This document shows positions 30,294 to 43,850 of a DNA stretch of 64,000 nt, piece after piece. Both the position numbers and the translations under genes were made by a program. This DNA is from an uncultured Pelagibacteraceae bacterium (GTDB lineage: Bacteria; Pseudomonadota; Alphaproteobacteria; Pelagibacterales; Pelagibacteraceae). The notes beneath the pieces are model-generated. The model did not search any database, was not told the DNA's origin, and saw nothing but the letters and a program-made list of their open reading frames with translations. Positions within the stretch are counted from its first letter, which is position 1. Every line of letters starts with the position of its first letter. The DNA is taken from positions 4,537-68,536 of the forward strand of contig CACKDD010000001.1 of the NCBI GenBank assembly GCA_902598825.1. The letters are read 5' to 3'.

Positions 30294-31570
30294 AGATTGA
30301 ATAAATCTTTATTATTCCATTTAATTACTACTTCAGCTCCACTTCTGGTTTCAGAATTAGAACAATTTACTGAGGCAAAATTTTTTTCTAATAAGGTTTT
30401 ACCTATAAACAATCCTAAACCTAATCCTTTTTTCTCCTTATTGTAAACCTTGGGTGAACTCAAGTATGGTTCACCTATTTTTGATAATATGTCACTAGGA
30501 TATCCATCCCCATCATCCTCGATCACAACTATTGTAAAATCAATATTACTTTTTAAACTAATGAAAACCTTGCTTTTACAAAATTTGTTTGCATTACCTA
30601 TAAAATTTCTTAAACCATAAACGATTTCAATAGATTTTGTTATTCTTTTAGAATTAAAATCTTGATCAAAATTTAAAATTAAATCGTTTTTACTTGTTTC
30701 TTTAAATGATAAAATAATCTCTTTAAGATAATCCCTCATAGACAAATCTTCATCAATAAATTCGTCCTCTTCATTAGGATTTAGCGATAACTTTTTTAAT
30801 ATTTCATTACATCTCTCGACTTGACTAGATAAAAGTTCAATGTCTTGTACTACATCTTTTTGTCCTTTAAGTTGTTTAGACAATTCTTGAGTTATAATTT
30901 TAATTGTTGATAAAGGGGTACCTAATGAATGAGCTGCTGCTGCTGCTTGACCACCTAAAGATAACATTTCATGCTCATTAGCCATTATTTCTTCCATTTT
31001 ATTCAAAGCTTCCTTTCTTAGCTTAGACTCTGCTCCAAAAATAATCGCAAAATAATTTAAAAAAAATAAGGCTATTATTAAAGCCAAAGGTATAGAATAA
31101 TAATAATATGGACTTACATGAAAATGATCATTTAAGGGCTCAGGTAGTTCCTGGGAGTAAAATGTCAAAAATAAAATTGATATGGAAGTAATTAACACTA
31201 ATATGGAGTTTGTTCTAAAACTTAAATTTGAAGAGGCAAAAACACTTGGAATAATTAAAAAAATTACAAATGGATTTATTATCCCCCCTGTTAGATATAG
31301 TAGTCCACTTAATTGTATAATATCAATAAATAAATAAATTAAAGCCGATCTATCACTTAGTTGAGTTTTTTTATAAATGAAAATTAAATAAAGATTACTT
31401 ATAACTCCAATAGCTATAATAATATTTGAATATAAAAAATTAAAATCAAAATTAAAATAAAAATATACTAAATATACAGATATAAATTGTCCAATAGTTC
31501 CAATCCATCTAAGATTGATGTATATTGATTTTTTTAAGGAGTATTGCTTTGAAGTTTCAAACAACTTCAT
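30290..31570 (-). CDS. regB: RegB/PrrB/ActS-family redox sensor histidine kinase
   Basis: NLRW, GGIINPF quinone motif, [12 protein letters not shown]-box, RC redox Cys, GLGLGLFI. Confidence 0.88.
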   Translation of the reverse strand: MKLFETSKQYSLKKSIYINLRWIGTIGQFISVYLVYFYFNFDFNFLYSNIIIAIGVISNLYLIFIYKKTQLSDRSALIYLFIDIIQLSGLLYLTGGIINPFVIFLIIPSVFASSNLSFRTNSILVLITSISILFLTFYSQELPEPLNDHFHVSPYYYYSIPLALIIALFFLNYFAIIFGAESKLRKEALNKMEEIMANEHEMLSLGGQAAAAAHSLGTPLSTIKIITQELSKQLKGQKDVVQDIELLSSQVERCNEILKKLSLNPNEEDEFIDEDLSMRDYLKEIILSFKETSKNDLILNFDQDFNSKRITKSIEIVYGLRNFIGNANKFCKSKVFISLKSNIDFTIVVIEDDGDGYPSDILSKIGEPYLSSPKVYNKEKKGLGLGLFIGKTLLEKNFASVNCSNSETRSGAEVVIKWNNKDLFNL

Positions 31571-31573
31571 CTT

Positions 31574-33685
<2,112 letters not shown>

Positions 33686-33784
33686 TTAATTAAAATTTAA
33701 ATTACACAGTAAAACAAACTAAAAAGTTGTTTAAAATCAATGATTTTTTAGATGAAGTTTTTTTCAAAAAGATTCTAAATAAAT

Positions 33785-33940
33785 ATGATGATTTATGTTC
33801 ATATTGGTGTTGGTGCTAGTGATTTATATGTAGGAGCACTTTTTAGGGACAGGTTTTCGTAATTTGTTAAGTAAATTGATGATGATGACAAAAGAATATA
33901 TATTGTAGAGGCAAATCCATTTAATATTTCAAAATTAGAT
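33785..33940 (+). pseudogene. Degraded N-terminal fragment of a SAM-dependent (FkbM-like) methyltransferase
   Basis: One frame reads MMIYVHIGVGASDLYVGALFRDRFS*FVK*IDDDDKRIYIVEANPFNISKL: motif I-like VHIG.G and motif II-like VEANP, two internal TAA, ends at the tRNA CCA. Confidence 0.6.
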
Positions 33941-33941
33941 T

Positions 33942-34031
33942 TGGCGGAGAGAGTGGGATTCGAACCCACGAAAGAGCTGCCTCTTTACACACTTTCCAAG
34001 CGTGCGCTTTCAACCACTCAGCCATCTCTCC
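33942..34031 (-). tRNA. tRNA-Ser(GGA)
   Basis: GGAGAGA...TCTCTCC-G-CCA; anticodon arm CACGC-TT-GGA-AA-GTGTG; long variable arm. Confidence 0.96.
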
Positions 34032-34162
34032 TCTTGTAATTTTTAAGTCTAAGACTATCATTTTCACTTCTTAGATTGAAATAATTATGACAATAACTAT
34101 CAATTTATTAGTAATTCTGGCACATAAACACTAAATGCTTTAAATATAGTAAAAAAATATTT

Positions 34163-35188
34163 ATGAAAAGAAAAACAGTATTAGTAACGGGAGGTCTAGG
34201 TTTTATAGGGAGTAACCTAGTGCTACACCTTATTAAATTAAACTATTTTGTTATCATATTAGATAAAAAAACATACTCATCAAATTTGATGAATTTAAAA
34301 AATATTAAAAGAAATCAATTCAAATTGATTATTTCTGACATAAATAATAAATTAGAAATATCAAAAATTTTTAAAAAATATAATCCTATTGGTATATTTA
34401 ATTTAGCAGCTGAAACTCATGTAGATAGATCTATAGATAATCCAGAAATATTTGTTAAATCTAATGTTAATGGAGTATTAGTTTTGCTTGAGCAATTAAA
34501 AAAATATAAAAAACGAAATCATAATATTAAACTTTTACATATTTCTACAGATGAGGTTTATGGAGATATACCCAAAAGAAAAACTTCTTTAGAAACTGAC
34601 CCATATAGACCGAGTTCTCCCTATGCAGCTAGCAAAGCATCAGCTGATCATTTAATTAGATCATATTATAGAACTTTTAAATTACCTATAATTATTACAA
34701 ATTGTTGTAATAATTATGGACCAAAGCAATTTCCTGAAAAATTAATTCCAAAATTAATATTAAATTTAATTCAAAATAAAAAACTTCCTATTTATGGAAA
34801 AGGAATAAATGAAAGAGAATGGATACATGTTGATGATCATTGTAAAGCATTAATAAAGATATTTAAAAAAGGTAAAATTGGTGAAAGCTACAATATTGGG
34901 TCAGGTGATATAGTGTCTAATAACATAATTAGTAAAAAATTAATTGAATTATTTAAAACGAAAATTAATAAAGATTGTAAGAGTAGAATTGTTTTTGTTA
35001 AGGATAGACCTGGTCATGATTTACGCTATGCTCTTAATAGTAATAAAATAAAAAAATTAGGATGGAAAAAAAAACTTAATTTGAATAAAGGTTTATTTTT
35101 AACTATGAAATGGTATTTAGAAAATACTCAGTGGATACAAAAAATAAATAAGAAAAAATATTCTAATAGACTAGGACTAAAATTATGA
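34163..35188 (+). CDS. rfbB: dTDP-glucose 4,6-dehydratase
   Basis: GGLGFIG, AAETHVDRS, STDEVYG, YAASK, DRPGHD. Confidence 0.95.
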   Translation: MKRKTVLVTGGLGFIGSNLVLHLIKLNYFVIILDKKTYSSNLMNLKNIKRNQFKLIISDINNKLEISKIFKKYNPIGIFNLAAETHVDRSIDNPEIFVKSNVNGVLVLLEQLKKYKKRNHNIKLLHISTDEVYGDIPKRKTSLETDPYRPSSPYAASKASADHLIRSYYRTFKLPIIITNCCNNYGPKQFPEKLIPKLILNLIQNKKLPIYGKGINEREWIHVDDHCKALIKIFKKGKIGESYNIGSGDIVSNNIISKKLIELFKTKINKDCKSRIVFVKDRPGHDLRYALNSNKIKKLGWKKKLNLNKGLFLTMKWYLENTQWIQKINKKKYSNRLGLKL

Positions 35189-36054
35189 TTAAAAAAGGGA
35201 TAATACTAGCTGGAGGAAAGGGAACACGATTAAGTCCAATTACAAAGAGTACAAATAAACAACTTCTGCCTATATATGATAAACCACTATTTTTCTATCC
35301 ACTTTCAAACTTGATGCTTGCAGATATTAGAAACATCTTAATTATTGTCAATAAAGGACAAATAAAAAATTTTTATAATTCGATAGGTAATGGAAGTCAT
35401 TTAGGAATAAAAATTTTTTACAAAGAACAAGTTAGTCCTAATGGTATACCTGAGTCATTTAAAATAGGAAAAAAATTCATTGGAAAAAGTAATGTCGCTC
35501 TAATTTTAGGTGATAATTTTTTTTATGGTCAAGGACTAATTGACCAATTAGAAGAGTTAAAAAAATTTAAAAGTGGATGTACAATTTATTTAAAAGATGT
35601 TCCAAAACCAGAGAATTATGGAGTAGTAAAAATTAAAAATAACAAGATAAGTTTAATTACTGAAAAACCTAAAAAATTCGTATCAAGTAAAGCGATTACT
35701 GGATTATATTTATTTGATAATGATGTAATAAAATTAACACACAAACTAAAACCTTCAAAAAGAAATGAAACAGAAATCGTGGATTTAATAAAATACTATC
35801 AAAAAAAAAGGAAATTAAATCATATTAAATTGGGCCGTGGAGCCATATGGTCTGATGCAGGAAAAATAGACGATTTTACAAATATAAGTAATTTTGTAAC
35901 TTCCGTTGAAAAAGTTCAAGGCTTGAAAATTGCGTGTTTAGATGAAATAGCATACAAAAAAAATTGGATAAAAAAAGATCAATTAATCAAAAATATAAAT
36001 TTCTATGGCAATTGTCCTTATTCAGATTATCTAAGGAAAATCCTAAAAAAATAA
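35185..36054 (+). CDS. rfbA: Glucose-1-phosphate thymidylyltransferase
   Basis: GIILAGGKGTRL, KQLLPIYDKP, LGDN, EKP. Confidence 0.95.
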   Translation: MIKKGIILAGGKGTRLSPITKSTNKQLLPIYDKPLFFYPLSNLMLADIRNILIIVNKGQIKNFYNSIGNGSHLGIKIFYKEQVSPNGIPESFKIGKKFIGKSNVALILGDNFFYGQGLIDQLEELKKFKSGCTIYLKDVPKPENYGVVKIKNNKISLITEKPKKFVSSKAITGLYLFDNDVIKLTHKLKPSKRNETEIVDLIKYYQKKRKLNHIKLGRGAIWSDAGKIDDFTNISNFVTSVEKVQGLKIACLDEIAYKKNWIKKDQLIKNINFYGNCPYSDYLRKILKK

Positions 36055-36076
36055 AAATTTAAGTAAATAAAGATTA

Positions 36077-36883
36077 TTATAATATAAACTTTTTTAGTTC
36101 TGTCATTTTTTGAATAATATATTCAGGATATGTTTCGTCAATATCTACCCTCTCTAACTTATGATCTTTATTAAATAAATCTTTTTTTTGATCAATTTTT
36201 TTTCTTATAACCTCAATATTACTAAACTCTTCTGCTGCAAACTCATTATGAGCGAAAGTCTTTAATTTAATTGATATCATCTCAGGGGAAAATAAATTAT
36301 TAAAATGCCAACCTCCATCATCTATAATTTGAATATTTCGCTCAACATTAAATTTCCACCATTTTTTCATATTTTTTTTTAAAATTTTCTGTCTCATATA
36401 ATCAAACGATTTTAAAAACTTTCTTTTTGTCAGCCTAGTTCCAGACCAAGGAGTTTCATTTGTATTTAAGAGATTAAATTTATAATTAAAACATTTTTGT
36501 TGGAAAATTGCATATTTTTTTTTTAAAATGAAATTTTTTAATTCTTCTGGCCTTGGGATTTCATCTGGATCTGAAAACATAATATAATCTTCATCATGAG
36601 AGTCTTTAATTCCATTAAAAATATATTCTCTTTGAAAAGCTTGTCTTTCCCATGAGTTTAATTTTTCTGGAAATGGATCTCTTAAAACGATATGTCTTAC
36701 TTTGTCTCTAAAATCTGGATTATTTAATTTAAAATTTATCTCCTTTTTTTTTCCTCTGTGATCGTAGATGCTTTCACAAACAATAAAGAAATCTACATGC
36801 TTATTCAAAATCTCAAATCTAATATTTGTAATAAAGTTTTCTTGAAAAAAAGTTATACAGTCATAAATTTTATTCTTACGCAT
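36077..36883 (-). CDS. Glycosyltransferase family 17-like (MGAT3-like) protein
   Basis: IYDC..FF.E, FIVCES, WERQAFQR, SDPDEIP, GWHF, KLKTFAH. Confidence 0.78.
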   Translation of the reverse strand: MRKNKIYDCITFFQENFITNIRFEILNKHVDFFIVCESIYDHRGKKKEINFKLNNPDFRDKVRHIVLRDPFPEKLNSWERQAFQREYIFNGIKDSHDEDYIMFSDPDEIPRPEELKNFILKKKYAIFQQKCFNYKFNLLNTNETPWSGTRLTKRKFLKSFDYMRQKILKKNMKKWWKFNVERNIQIIDDGGWHFNNLFSPEMISIKLKTFAHNEFAAEEFSNIEVIRKKIDQKKDLFNKDHKLERVDIDETYPEYIIQKMTELKKFIL

Positions 36884-37907
36884 TTTGCCAATCTTCTATT
36901 ATTTTCATATTCATTATACTTTCATTTAAACTTATACCTGGAAATTTAGGTACGTATAAATTATTAAGTATAACTTCACTAATATTTTCAATTTGATAAG
37001 AATAAATACTTTTTTTGACATTGTTTATATTAATAATCTGTTCCCCTTTATAATCTTTTTTAATAATACTTTTACTACCAAACCAGCTATCATTGATAAC
37101 TATAGAACCTTTTTCACCATGAATTTCGGTTTTTCTACCTAAATCTTTTTTAAATGAGGCATAGATTTCTGAAAAAAAATTATCCCCAAATATAATTTTG
37201 GCATAGCAATCTACATCAACATTAGTCTCACCTATTTCTCTAAAAATATTTGATAGTTTTATTTCTGATTTATTTTTATTTGATGCTAAAGATGAAATTA
37301 ATAAACTAAATGATGATGGATAGCATCCTAAATCTAAAATACAACCACCACCTAATTTTTTACTAAAAAGTCTACTATTAGGGTCAATTTTTTTTTTTTT
37401 ATTAAAAAACCAAAATTTTTTTTTTGATAACAAATTTGTCCCAAATTTAGATTTCATATTGATCAAATTACCAATGTCATTATTTTTAATAATATCTAAA
37501 ATTGTTTCAATCTGTGGGTGATACCTATACATGAATGCTTCTTCAAAAAATATTTTTTCGTCGTTAAGGTTTTTTTTAATATTTTTGATTTCCTTAAGAT
37601 TTAAAGTAACTGGCTTTTCTACAAGAATATGCTTTTTTTTTCTGATGCTTTTTAATACCCAATCATGATGTAAAAAATTAGGTAGTGCAATATAAATAAT
37701 GTCTACTTCCTTGCAATTAATTAAATCTTCATAATCGTTAAATAAAAATTTATTCTCAACATTAAATTTATCTTTAAATTTATTTAGTTTTTCAGGATCT
37801 CTGCTTGCTACAGCTAAAAGTTTAGCATTTGATGTTTCTTCAAAACCTTTCGAAAATGTATGGGCTATATCTCCTAACCCTAAGATACCCCAATTTATAT
37901 TTTCCAT
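36876..37907 (-). CDS. Gfo/Idh/MocA-family oxidoreductase
   Basis: WGILGLG, VEKP, EAFMYRYHPQ, GGCILDLGCY. Confidence 0.9.
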   Translation of the reverse strand: MENINWGILGLGDIAHTFSKGFEETSNAKLLAVASRDPEKLNKFKDKFNVENKFLFNDYEDLINCKEVDIIYIALPNFLHHDWVLKSIRKKKHILVEKPVTLNLKEIKNIKKNLNDEKIFFEEAFMYRYHPQIETILDIIKNNDIGNLINMKSKFGTNLLSKKKFWFFNKKKKIDPNSRLFSKKLGGGCILDLGCYPSSFSLLISSLASNKNKSEIKLSNIFREIGETNVDVDCYAKIIFGDNFFSEIYASFKKDLGRKTEIHGEKGSIVINDSWFGSKSIIKKDYKGEQIININNVKKSIYSYQIENISEVILNNLYVPKFPGISLNESIMNMKIIEDWQNA

Positions 37908-37908
37908 A

Positions 37909-39714
37909 TTATTCTTTTTGTATTTTTAGTACCCCTATAAATGCTTCCTGTGGTATCTCTACTCTACCAAACTGTTTTGATCTTGCTTTACCTTTTTTTT
38001 GCTTCTCCAAAAGTTTTCTTTTTCTGTCAGTTGCACCTCCGCCATGAATCTTCGTTAAAACATCTTTTTTAAAACCTTTTATTGTTTCTCTTGCTATTAT
38101 TTTACCACCAATTGCAGCCTGTACTGGGATCATAAAATTGTGTCTAGGTATCAAATCTTTTAATTTTTCACAGACTTCTCTACCTATCTTTTGAGCAAAA
38201 TCTTTATGTATCATCATTGCTAATGCATCAACTGGTTCTGCATTAACTAAAATTCCAAGTTTTACTAAATCACCTTCTTTATGTTTAATTATTTCATAAT
38301 CAAAACTAGCATATCCACTGGTCATTGATTTTAAACGATCATTAAAATCGAAAACAACTTCATTTAAAGGTAATTCATAATTTACGACTGCTCTATTTCC
38401 TGAATAACTTAAATTAGTTTGTACTCCTCTTTTATCCTGACACATCTTTATTATTGAGCCTAAATATTCATCTGGAGTTATTATTGTTGCTTTTATCCAT
38501 GGTTCTTCAATTAATTTGATTAATGTTGGATTTGGTAAACTTGAAGGATTATGTAGATCGATTATATCTCCTTTATTCATATGAACTTTGTATACAACTC
38601 CTGGGGTTGTTGTTAATAAGTTTACGTCAAATTCTCTTTCTAATCTTTCAGTAACAATTTCCAAATGAAGTAATCCTAAAAAGCCACATCTAAACCCTAG
38701 TCCCAAAGCTGAAGAAGACTCAGGTTCAAATGAAAAACTTGCATCGTTTAATTGTAATTTAGCTAAACCATCTTTTAATTTTTGATACTCAGAACTATCT
38801 ACTGGAAATAATCCACAAAATACTACGGGTTTACTTGGTTTAAAACCTGGGAGTGCCTCTTTCAAAGGTTTTGCAGCATCACATATTGTGTCACCAACTT
38901 TTGTTTCAGATAAAACTTTAATTCCAGTTGTTATAAAGCCTATTTCTCCAGAGTTTAACTCATTAATATCTTTAGCTTTTGGTGTAAAAACACCAACTTT
39001 TTCAACAATATATTCTTGATTAGTGGACATCATTTTAATTTTCATATTTTTTGAAATTTTACCATCAATTACCCTTACAAGAATAACTACCCCTAAATAT
39101 GTATCATACCAACTATCAACCAATAAACATTTTAGATCACCTAAACTTTTACCTTTAGGACTGGGTAAAACTTTAATAATTTGTTCCAAAATATCTTCTA
39201 TACCTTCACCTGTTTTTCCTGAACAAGGAATTGCTCCCTCTGTATCAATGCCTATCACCTCCTCAATTTGTATTTTTGTTCTATCTAAATCTGAAGCTGG
39301 AAGATCTACTTTATTTAAAACTGGAATTATTTCATGATTAATATCAAGAGCCTGATAAACGTTTGCGAGAGTTTGAGCTTCTACGCCTTGAGTGCTATCA
39401 ACAATTAAAATTGAACCCTCACAGGCATAAAGAGATCTACTAACCTCATAACTAAAATCTACATGACCCGGGGTATCTATAATATTTAAAGTGTAATTTT
39501 TGCCATCTTTCGCTTTATAATTGAGTTTTACTGTTTGAGCTTTAATTGTAATGCCTCTTTCACGCTCAATATCCATTGAGTCTAAAACTTGAGCTTTCAT
39601 TTCTCTTTCAGTAAGTCCACCACAGCTATGAATTATTCTATCCGCTATCGTAGATTTACCATGGTCAATATGAGCAATAATTGCAAAATTTCTAATATTA
39701 TCAATATTGCTCAT
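37909..39714 (-). CDS. lepA: Elongation factor 4
   Basis: [29 protein letters not shown]. Confidence 0.97.
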   Translation of the reverse strand: MSNIDNIRNFAIIAHIDHGKSTIADRIIHSCGGLTEREMKAQVLDSMDIERERGITIKAQTVKLNYKAKDGKNYTLNIIDTPGHVDFSYEVSRSLYACEGSILIVDSTQGVEAQTLANVYQALDINHEIIPVLNKVDLPASDLDRTKIQIEEVIGIDTEGAIPCSGKTGEGIEDILEQIIKVLPSPKGKSLGDLKCLLVDSWYDTYLGVVILVRVIDGKISKNMKIKMMSTNQEYIVEKVGVFTPKAKDINELNSGEIGFITTGIKVLSETKVGDTICDAAKPLKEALPGFKPSKPVVFCGLFPVDSSEYQKLKDGLAKLQLNDASFSFEPESSSALGLGFRCGFLGLLHLEIVTERLEREFDVNLLTTTPGVVYKVHMNKGDIIDLHNPSSLPNPTLIKLIEEPWIKATIITPDEYLGSIIKMCQDKRGVQTNLSYSGNRAVVNYELPLNEVVFDFNDRLKSMTSGYASFDYEIIKHKEGDLVKLGILVNAEPVDALAMMIHKDFAQKIGREVCEKLKDLIPRHNFMIPVQAAIGGKIIARETIKGFKKDVLTKIHGGGATDRKRKLLEKQKKGKARSKQFGRVEIPQEAFIGVLKIQKE

Positions 39715-39719
39715 TTATT

Positions 39720-42125
39720 TTAAGAACGTATCTTGGCGCCAGTTTTGTTTTCAACAGTTTTAATTATTAAATTATTAATGTTTTCTAAATCATTATCATT
39801 TAACGTCTTCTCGGTTGATTGTATGGTTACACTAATTGCTATTGATTTTTTGTTTTCGGGAATATTTTCACCCTCATAAATATCAAAAACATTAATATTG
39901 CTAATTAATTTTTGATCCAATTTCGAAATAACATTAATCAAATCCTGAGCTTTTACCTCTTTAGCAACTATAAATGCAAAATCTCTCTCTGATTTTTGAT
40001 AATCAGACACTTCGAATTTAGTTTTTTGATCATTAAGTGTTTTTTTTGGTAATTCCAAATTATCTATTAAAATTTCAAAACCTACTAAAGACTCTGTTTT
40101 TACATCTATCTTTTTCAAAATATTAGGGTGTATTTCCCCAAAATAAGCTACAACTTGATTTTTATCTCTATTTAAAAACAATCTACCAGACTTTCCTGGA
40201 TGGTAATAATTTGGAGTTTCACTATCTATAAAAAATTTATCTGAGTTGTACCCTGCTTCAACTAAAGTTTGAACCACATCTCTTTTAACATCAAATACAT
40301 CAACATTTCTCTCTTTTTCAATCCATGATAATCTTGATTTTTTACCTGCCGACAAACCACATACTACAGTATTTTGTTCACCCGGATTAGAACCAGTAAA
40401 AACAGGACCTATTTCAAATATTGATAAATCTTTAAAACCTCTATCTAAATTCTTATTCATGTACATAATTAAATTTGAAAATATTGAGTTTCTCAACACT
40501 CCTAGATCTGAACTTATTGGATTTACAATTTTAATTTCTTTATTTTTATCTTTAAAATGATTGTTATAATTTGAGTCAGTAAATGACCATGTTATTGCCT
40601 CTAAATAACCTTTTGAAGCAATTGCTCTTTGTAAGAAATGAAATAATTTTTGTGATTGAGTTAAAGTAGATTTATTTCTCTCTTTAATTGGGTCAATAAT
40701 TTTGATCTTATCATATCCAGTTATTCTTACTAACTCTTCAACAATATCTATTTCTTTTGAAATATCTGGTCTCCATGTTGGAATAATCAATTTTAAATAA
40801 TTTTTTTCTTTTTTAATTTTAAATCCAAGATCTTCCAAGATTTTAAATATTTCTTTAATTGAAATATTAAATCCAGTTATTTTTTCAAATAAATTAGGGT
40901 CAAATTTAATAGTTTTAATTTTGTTTGTTTCAATTCTTTGAATATCAATTTTACTAATTTTTCCACCACAAATGTCTTTAATTAATAGTGCTGCTTTATT
41001 TAAACCATCTTCAATAGATGATGGATCAATACCTCTTTCAAATCTAAACTTTGCATCTGTATCAAGATTTAATTTTTTCGATGTATTTCTTATTGATCTT
41101 GGCTCAAAATAGGCTGACTCTAACAATATATTTTTAGTATCTAATTCTGTTCCTGATCTAGTTCCTCCAATAATTCCTCCTAATCCTAAAACTCCTTTTT
41201 GGTCGCTTATCACACACATGCCCTTCTCCAATTTATAATCTTTATTATCTAAGGCAGTAAATTTTTCCCCAGAATTTGAACTTCGAACAATTATACCTTT
41301 TTCAATTTTATCAACATCATATGCATGTAATGGACGATTTATATCAAGCATAACATAATTTGTAACATCAACTATTGCTGATATTGGTTTTTGACCAACT
41401 GAAATTAATTTATCTTTAAGCCATTGCGGACTTTCTGTATTTTTTACATTTGTAATTAAACAGCTACCAAAAGCAGTACATCCTTGGTTTTTTTCTTTAT
41501 TAATTTTAACTTTTAGAGTTTGTTTTATTGTTGATTTAATTTTTTTTTGTTTTAACTCCAACAGTTTTCCAAAACCTGATGCAACAAGATCTCTGGCTAT
41601 TCCTCTAACACCAAGACAGTCGGGTCTGTTTGGTGTTATTGATAAATCAATAAGATTGGATTTTGATTTTGAAAAAAATTTTTTACCAATATTTTTTTCA
41701 AATTTTTTTGATAATTCAGTTATCCCTTCACTTTCATTAGACAAATTTAATTCAGCTTCTGAACAAAGCATTCCATAAGAAGTGACACCTCTAATTTTAG
41801 CTACAACTAATTTTGTTTTTGTTTTAGGAATAGTTGCACCTGGAGGTGCATAAATAGTAATTAGTCCTTCTCTTGCATTAGCAGCTCCACAAACAACCTT
41901 TTTAAATTCTTTTTCTCCAACATCAACATCACAAACTTTAAGTCGATCTGCATTAGGGTGTTTTTCAGTTTTAACAATTTTTGCTATTTTAAACAGTTCA
42001 GTATCAGCAGAGAGACTATCCACACTTTCCACTTCTAATCCTATATTAGTAAGTTGTTCTAAAAGATGTTTTTCTTTTAAATTAGTCTTTAAATGATCTT
42101 GAAGCCAATCAAATGTGATTTTCAT
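39720..42125 (-). CDS. pheT: Phenylalanyl-tRNA synthetase beta subunit
   Basis: HPNADRL, GMLCS, TPNRPD, RFERG, FDX-ACB C-terminus. Confidence 0.96.
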   Translation of the reverse strand: MKITFDWLQDHLKTNLKEKHLLEQLTNIGLEVESVDSLSADTELFKIAKIVKTEKHPNADRLKVCDVDVGEKEFKKVVCGAANAREGLITIYAPPGATIPKTKTKLVVAKIRGVTSYGMLCSEAELNLSNESEGITELSKKFEKNIGKKFFSKSKSNLIDLSITPNRPDCLGVRGIARDLVASGFGKLLELKQKKIKSTIKQTLKVKINKEKNQGCTAFGSCLITNVKNTESPQWLKDKLISVGQKPISAIVDVTNYVMLDINRPLHAYDVDKIEKGIIVRSSNSGEKFTALDNKDYKLEKGMCVISDQKGVLGLGGIIGGTRSGTELDTKNILLESAYFEPRSIRNTSKKLNLDTDAKFRFERGIDPSSIEDGLNKAALLIKDICGGKISKIDIQRIETNKIKTIKFDPNLFEKITGFNISIKEIFKILEDLGFKIKKEKNYLKLIIPTWRPDISKEIDIVEELVRITGYDKIKIIDPIKERNKSTLTQSQKLFHFLQRAIASKGYLEAITWSFTDSNYNNHFKDKNKEIKIVNPISSDLGVLRNSIFSNLIMYMNKNLDRGFKDLSIFEIGPVFTGSNPGEQNTVVCGLSAGKKSRLSWIEKERNVDVFDVKRDVVQTLVEAGYNSDKFFIDSETPNYYHPGKSGRLFLNRDKNQVVAYFGEIHPNILKKIDVKTESLVGFEILIDNLELPKKTLNDQKTKFEVSDYQKSERDFAFIVAKEVKAQDLINVISKLDQKLISNINVFDIYEGENIPENKKSIAISVTIQSTEKTLNDNDLENINNLIIKTVENKTGAKIRS

Positions 42126-43189
42126 CTACTAAGACCTCTATAGTTTGTTGGCACATCTAAAGGATCAAATCCAAAATGACTCAACCATCTATAATCACAA
42201 TCAAAAAATGCTCTTAAATCATTGATCCCATATTTTAACATTGCCAATCTATCAATGCCAATACCGAATGCGTACCCTTGAAACTTTGTTGGATCGACTT
42301 TCACATTCTTTAAAACATTTGGATGAACCATACCACATCCTAAAATTTCTAACCATTGATTACCTTCTCCGATTATTATTTTTCCATTTTTCATTTCATA
42401 TCCAATATCAACTTCAGCAGATGGCTCAGTAAAAGGAAAATGACTAGGTCTAAATCTCATTTTAATTTTATCTACTTCAAAAAACTCTTTGATTAAATAA
42501 TTTAAACATCCTTTTAAATGACCCATATTTATATTTTTATCTATATGTAGACCTTCAACTTGATGGAACATAGGAGCATGTGTCTGATCACTATCTGATC
42601 TATAAGTTCTACCAGGTGCAATAATCTTAAATGGCGGTTTGTCTTTTAACATAGTTCTAATTTGAACTGGAGAAGTATGAGTACGTAATAGTTTTTGTTT
42701 TTTTTCATCTAAGTAAAAAGTGTCATGCATATCTCTTGCTGGATGGTCGTCAGGAGTATTTAGTGCAGTAAAATTATTATATTCATTTTCGACATCAGGA
42801 CCTTCTTCTACACTAAAACCTATTTCAGAAAATATAGATGATATTTCATCAATTGTTTGTGAAACTGGGTGAATTTTTCCTCTAACAAAAGGTCTTTCAG
42901 GTAAAGTAATGTCAATTTTTTCTTTATCTAATTTTTTATTTATTTCTGCATTTTCAACTTCATCTATTTTTGAATTGATTAGATCTTGTAGCTCATCCTT
43001 AATAACATTTAAATCGGTTGCAAATTTTTTTCTTTCAGACTCAACAATTGTTCCAATTTTTTTAAATTGAGATGAAACCAATCCATTTTTACCAAATAAC
43101 TCTGATTTTATTTGATTTATCTCTGAGAGATTTAATTTACCCTTTAGTTTTGAGATAAATTCATCTCTTATTTTTTTTAGATCAGACAT
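42122..43189 (-). CDS. pheS: Phenylalanyl-tRNA synthetase alpha subunit
   Basis: [23 protein letters not shown]. Confidence 0.97.
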   Translation of the reverse strand: MSDLKKIRDEFISKLKGKLNLSEINQIKSELFGKNGLVSSQFKKIGTIVESERKKFATDLNVIKDELQDLINSKIDEVENAEINKKLDKEKIDITLPERPFVRGKIHPVSQTIDEISSIFSEIGFSVEEGPDVENEYNNFTALNTPDDHPARDMHDTFYLDEKKQKLLRTHTSPVQIRTMLKDKPPFKIIAPGRTYRSDSDQTHAPMFHQVEGLHIDKNINMGHLKGCLNYLIKEFFEVDKIKMRFRPSHFPFTEPSAEVDIGYEMKNGKIIIGEGNQWLEILGCGMVHPNVLKNVKVDPTKFQGYAFGIGIDRLAMLKYGINDLRAFFDCDYRWLSHFGFDPLDVPTNYRGLSR

Positions 43190-43232
43190 CTTTACAGATT
43201 ATTTCTTCAGGAAAATAAAACAATAGTGAAGA

Positions 43233-43589
43233 TTAATTTAAAGCAGATTGTGCTTTTTGGACTATAGTTTTAAAGGCTTCTGGACTATCATACGCTATCT
43301 CAGCTAGAATTTTTCTATCAATTTTAATTCCACACTTATTTAATCCATTAATAAACCTTGAATAAGTCATACCTTCAGCTCTCACACCTGCATTAATTCT
43401 TTGTATCCAAAGAGATTTAAAGTCTCTTTTTTTATTTCTACGATCTCTGTAAGCATATTGCATAGCCTTTTCCATAGCTTGCTTTGCAACTCGGATTGTA
43501 TTTTTTCTTCTTCCCCATTGACCTTTAACAGCTTTTAGGACTTTTTTATGTTTAGCTTTACTTGTAACACCTCTTTTTACTCTTGCCAT
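43233..43589 (-). CDS. rplT: 50S ribosomal protein L20
   Basis: MARVKRG...LWIQRINA. Confidence 0.97.
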   Translation of the reverse strand: MARVKRGVTSKAKHKKVLKAVKGQWGRRKNTIRVAKQAMEKAMQYAYRDRRNKKRDFKSLWIQRINAGVRAEGMTYSRFINGLNKCGIKIDRKILAEIAYDSPEAFKTIVQKAQSALN

Positions 43590-43590
43590 T

Positions 43591-43797
43591 TTAACCTCTT
43601 AAATTATATGGCATGTACGATTTAACAATTTTACCATCTTGTTTTGACATCACAGTAGTGCCTCTTAATTTTCTAATTTGAGAATTTGTTCTTTTAATCA
43701 TACCATGCCTCTTACCAGCTTGGGCCATCATGACTTTTCCTCTGGCTGATATTTTAAAACGTTTTTTTGCTGAGCTTTTTGTTTTTAGTTTTGGCAT
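43591..43797 (-). CDS. rpmI: 50S ribosomal protein L35
   Basis: [14 protein letters not shown]. Confidence 0.97.
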   Translation of the reverse strand: MPKLKTKSSAKKRFKISARGKVMMAQAGKRHGMIKRTNSQIRKLRGTTVMSKQDGKIVKSYMPYNLRG

Positions 43798-43808
43798 AAT
43801 TGAGCGAG

Positions 43809-43837
43809 GTTATACAAAGATTAAAGAATATTTACAA
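43809..43837 (-). promoter_or_regulatory. Putative internal sigma70 promoter for rpmI-rplT
   Basis: TTGTAA-N17-TATAAC ending 11 nt before the rpmI ATG. Confidence 0.45.
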
Positions 43838-43850
43838 CCCATATTAAGGC

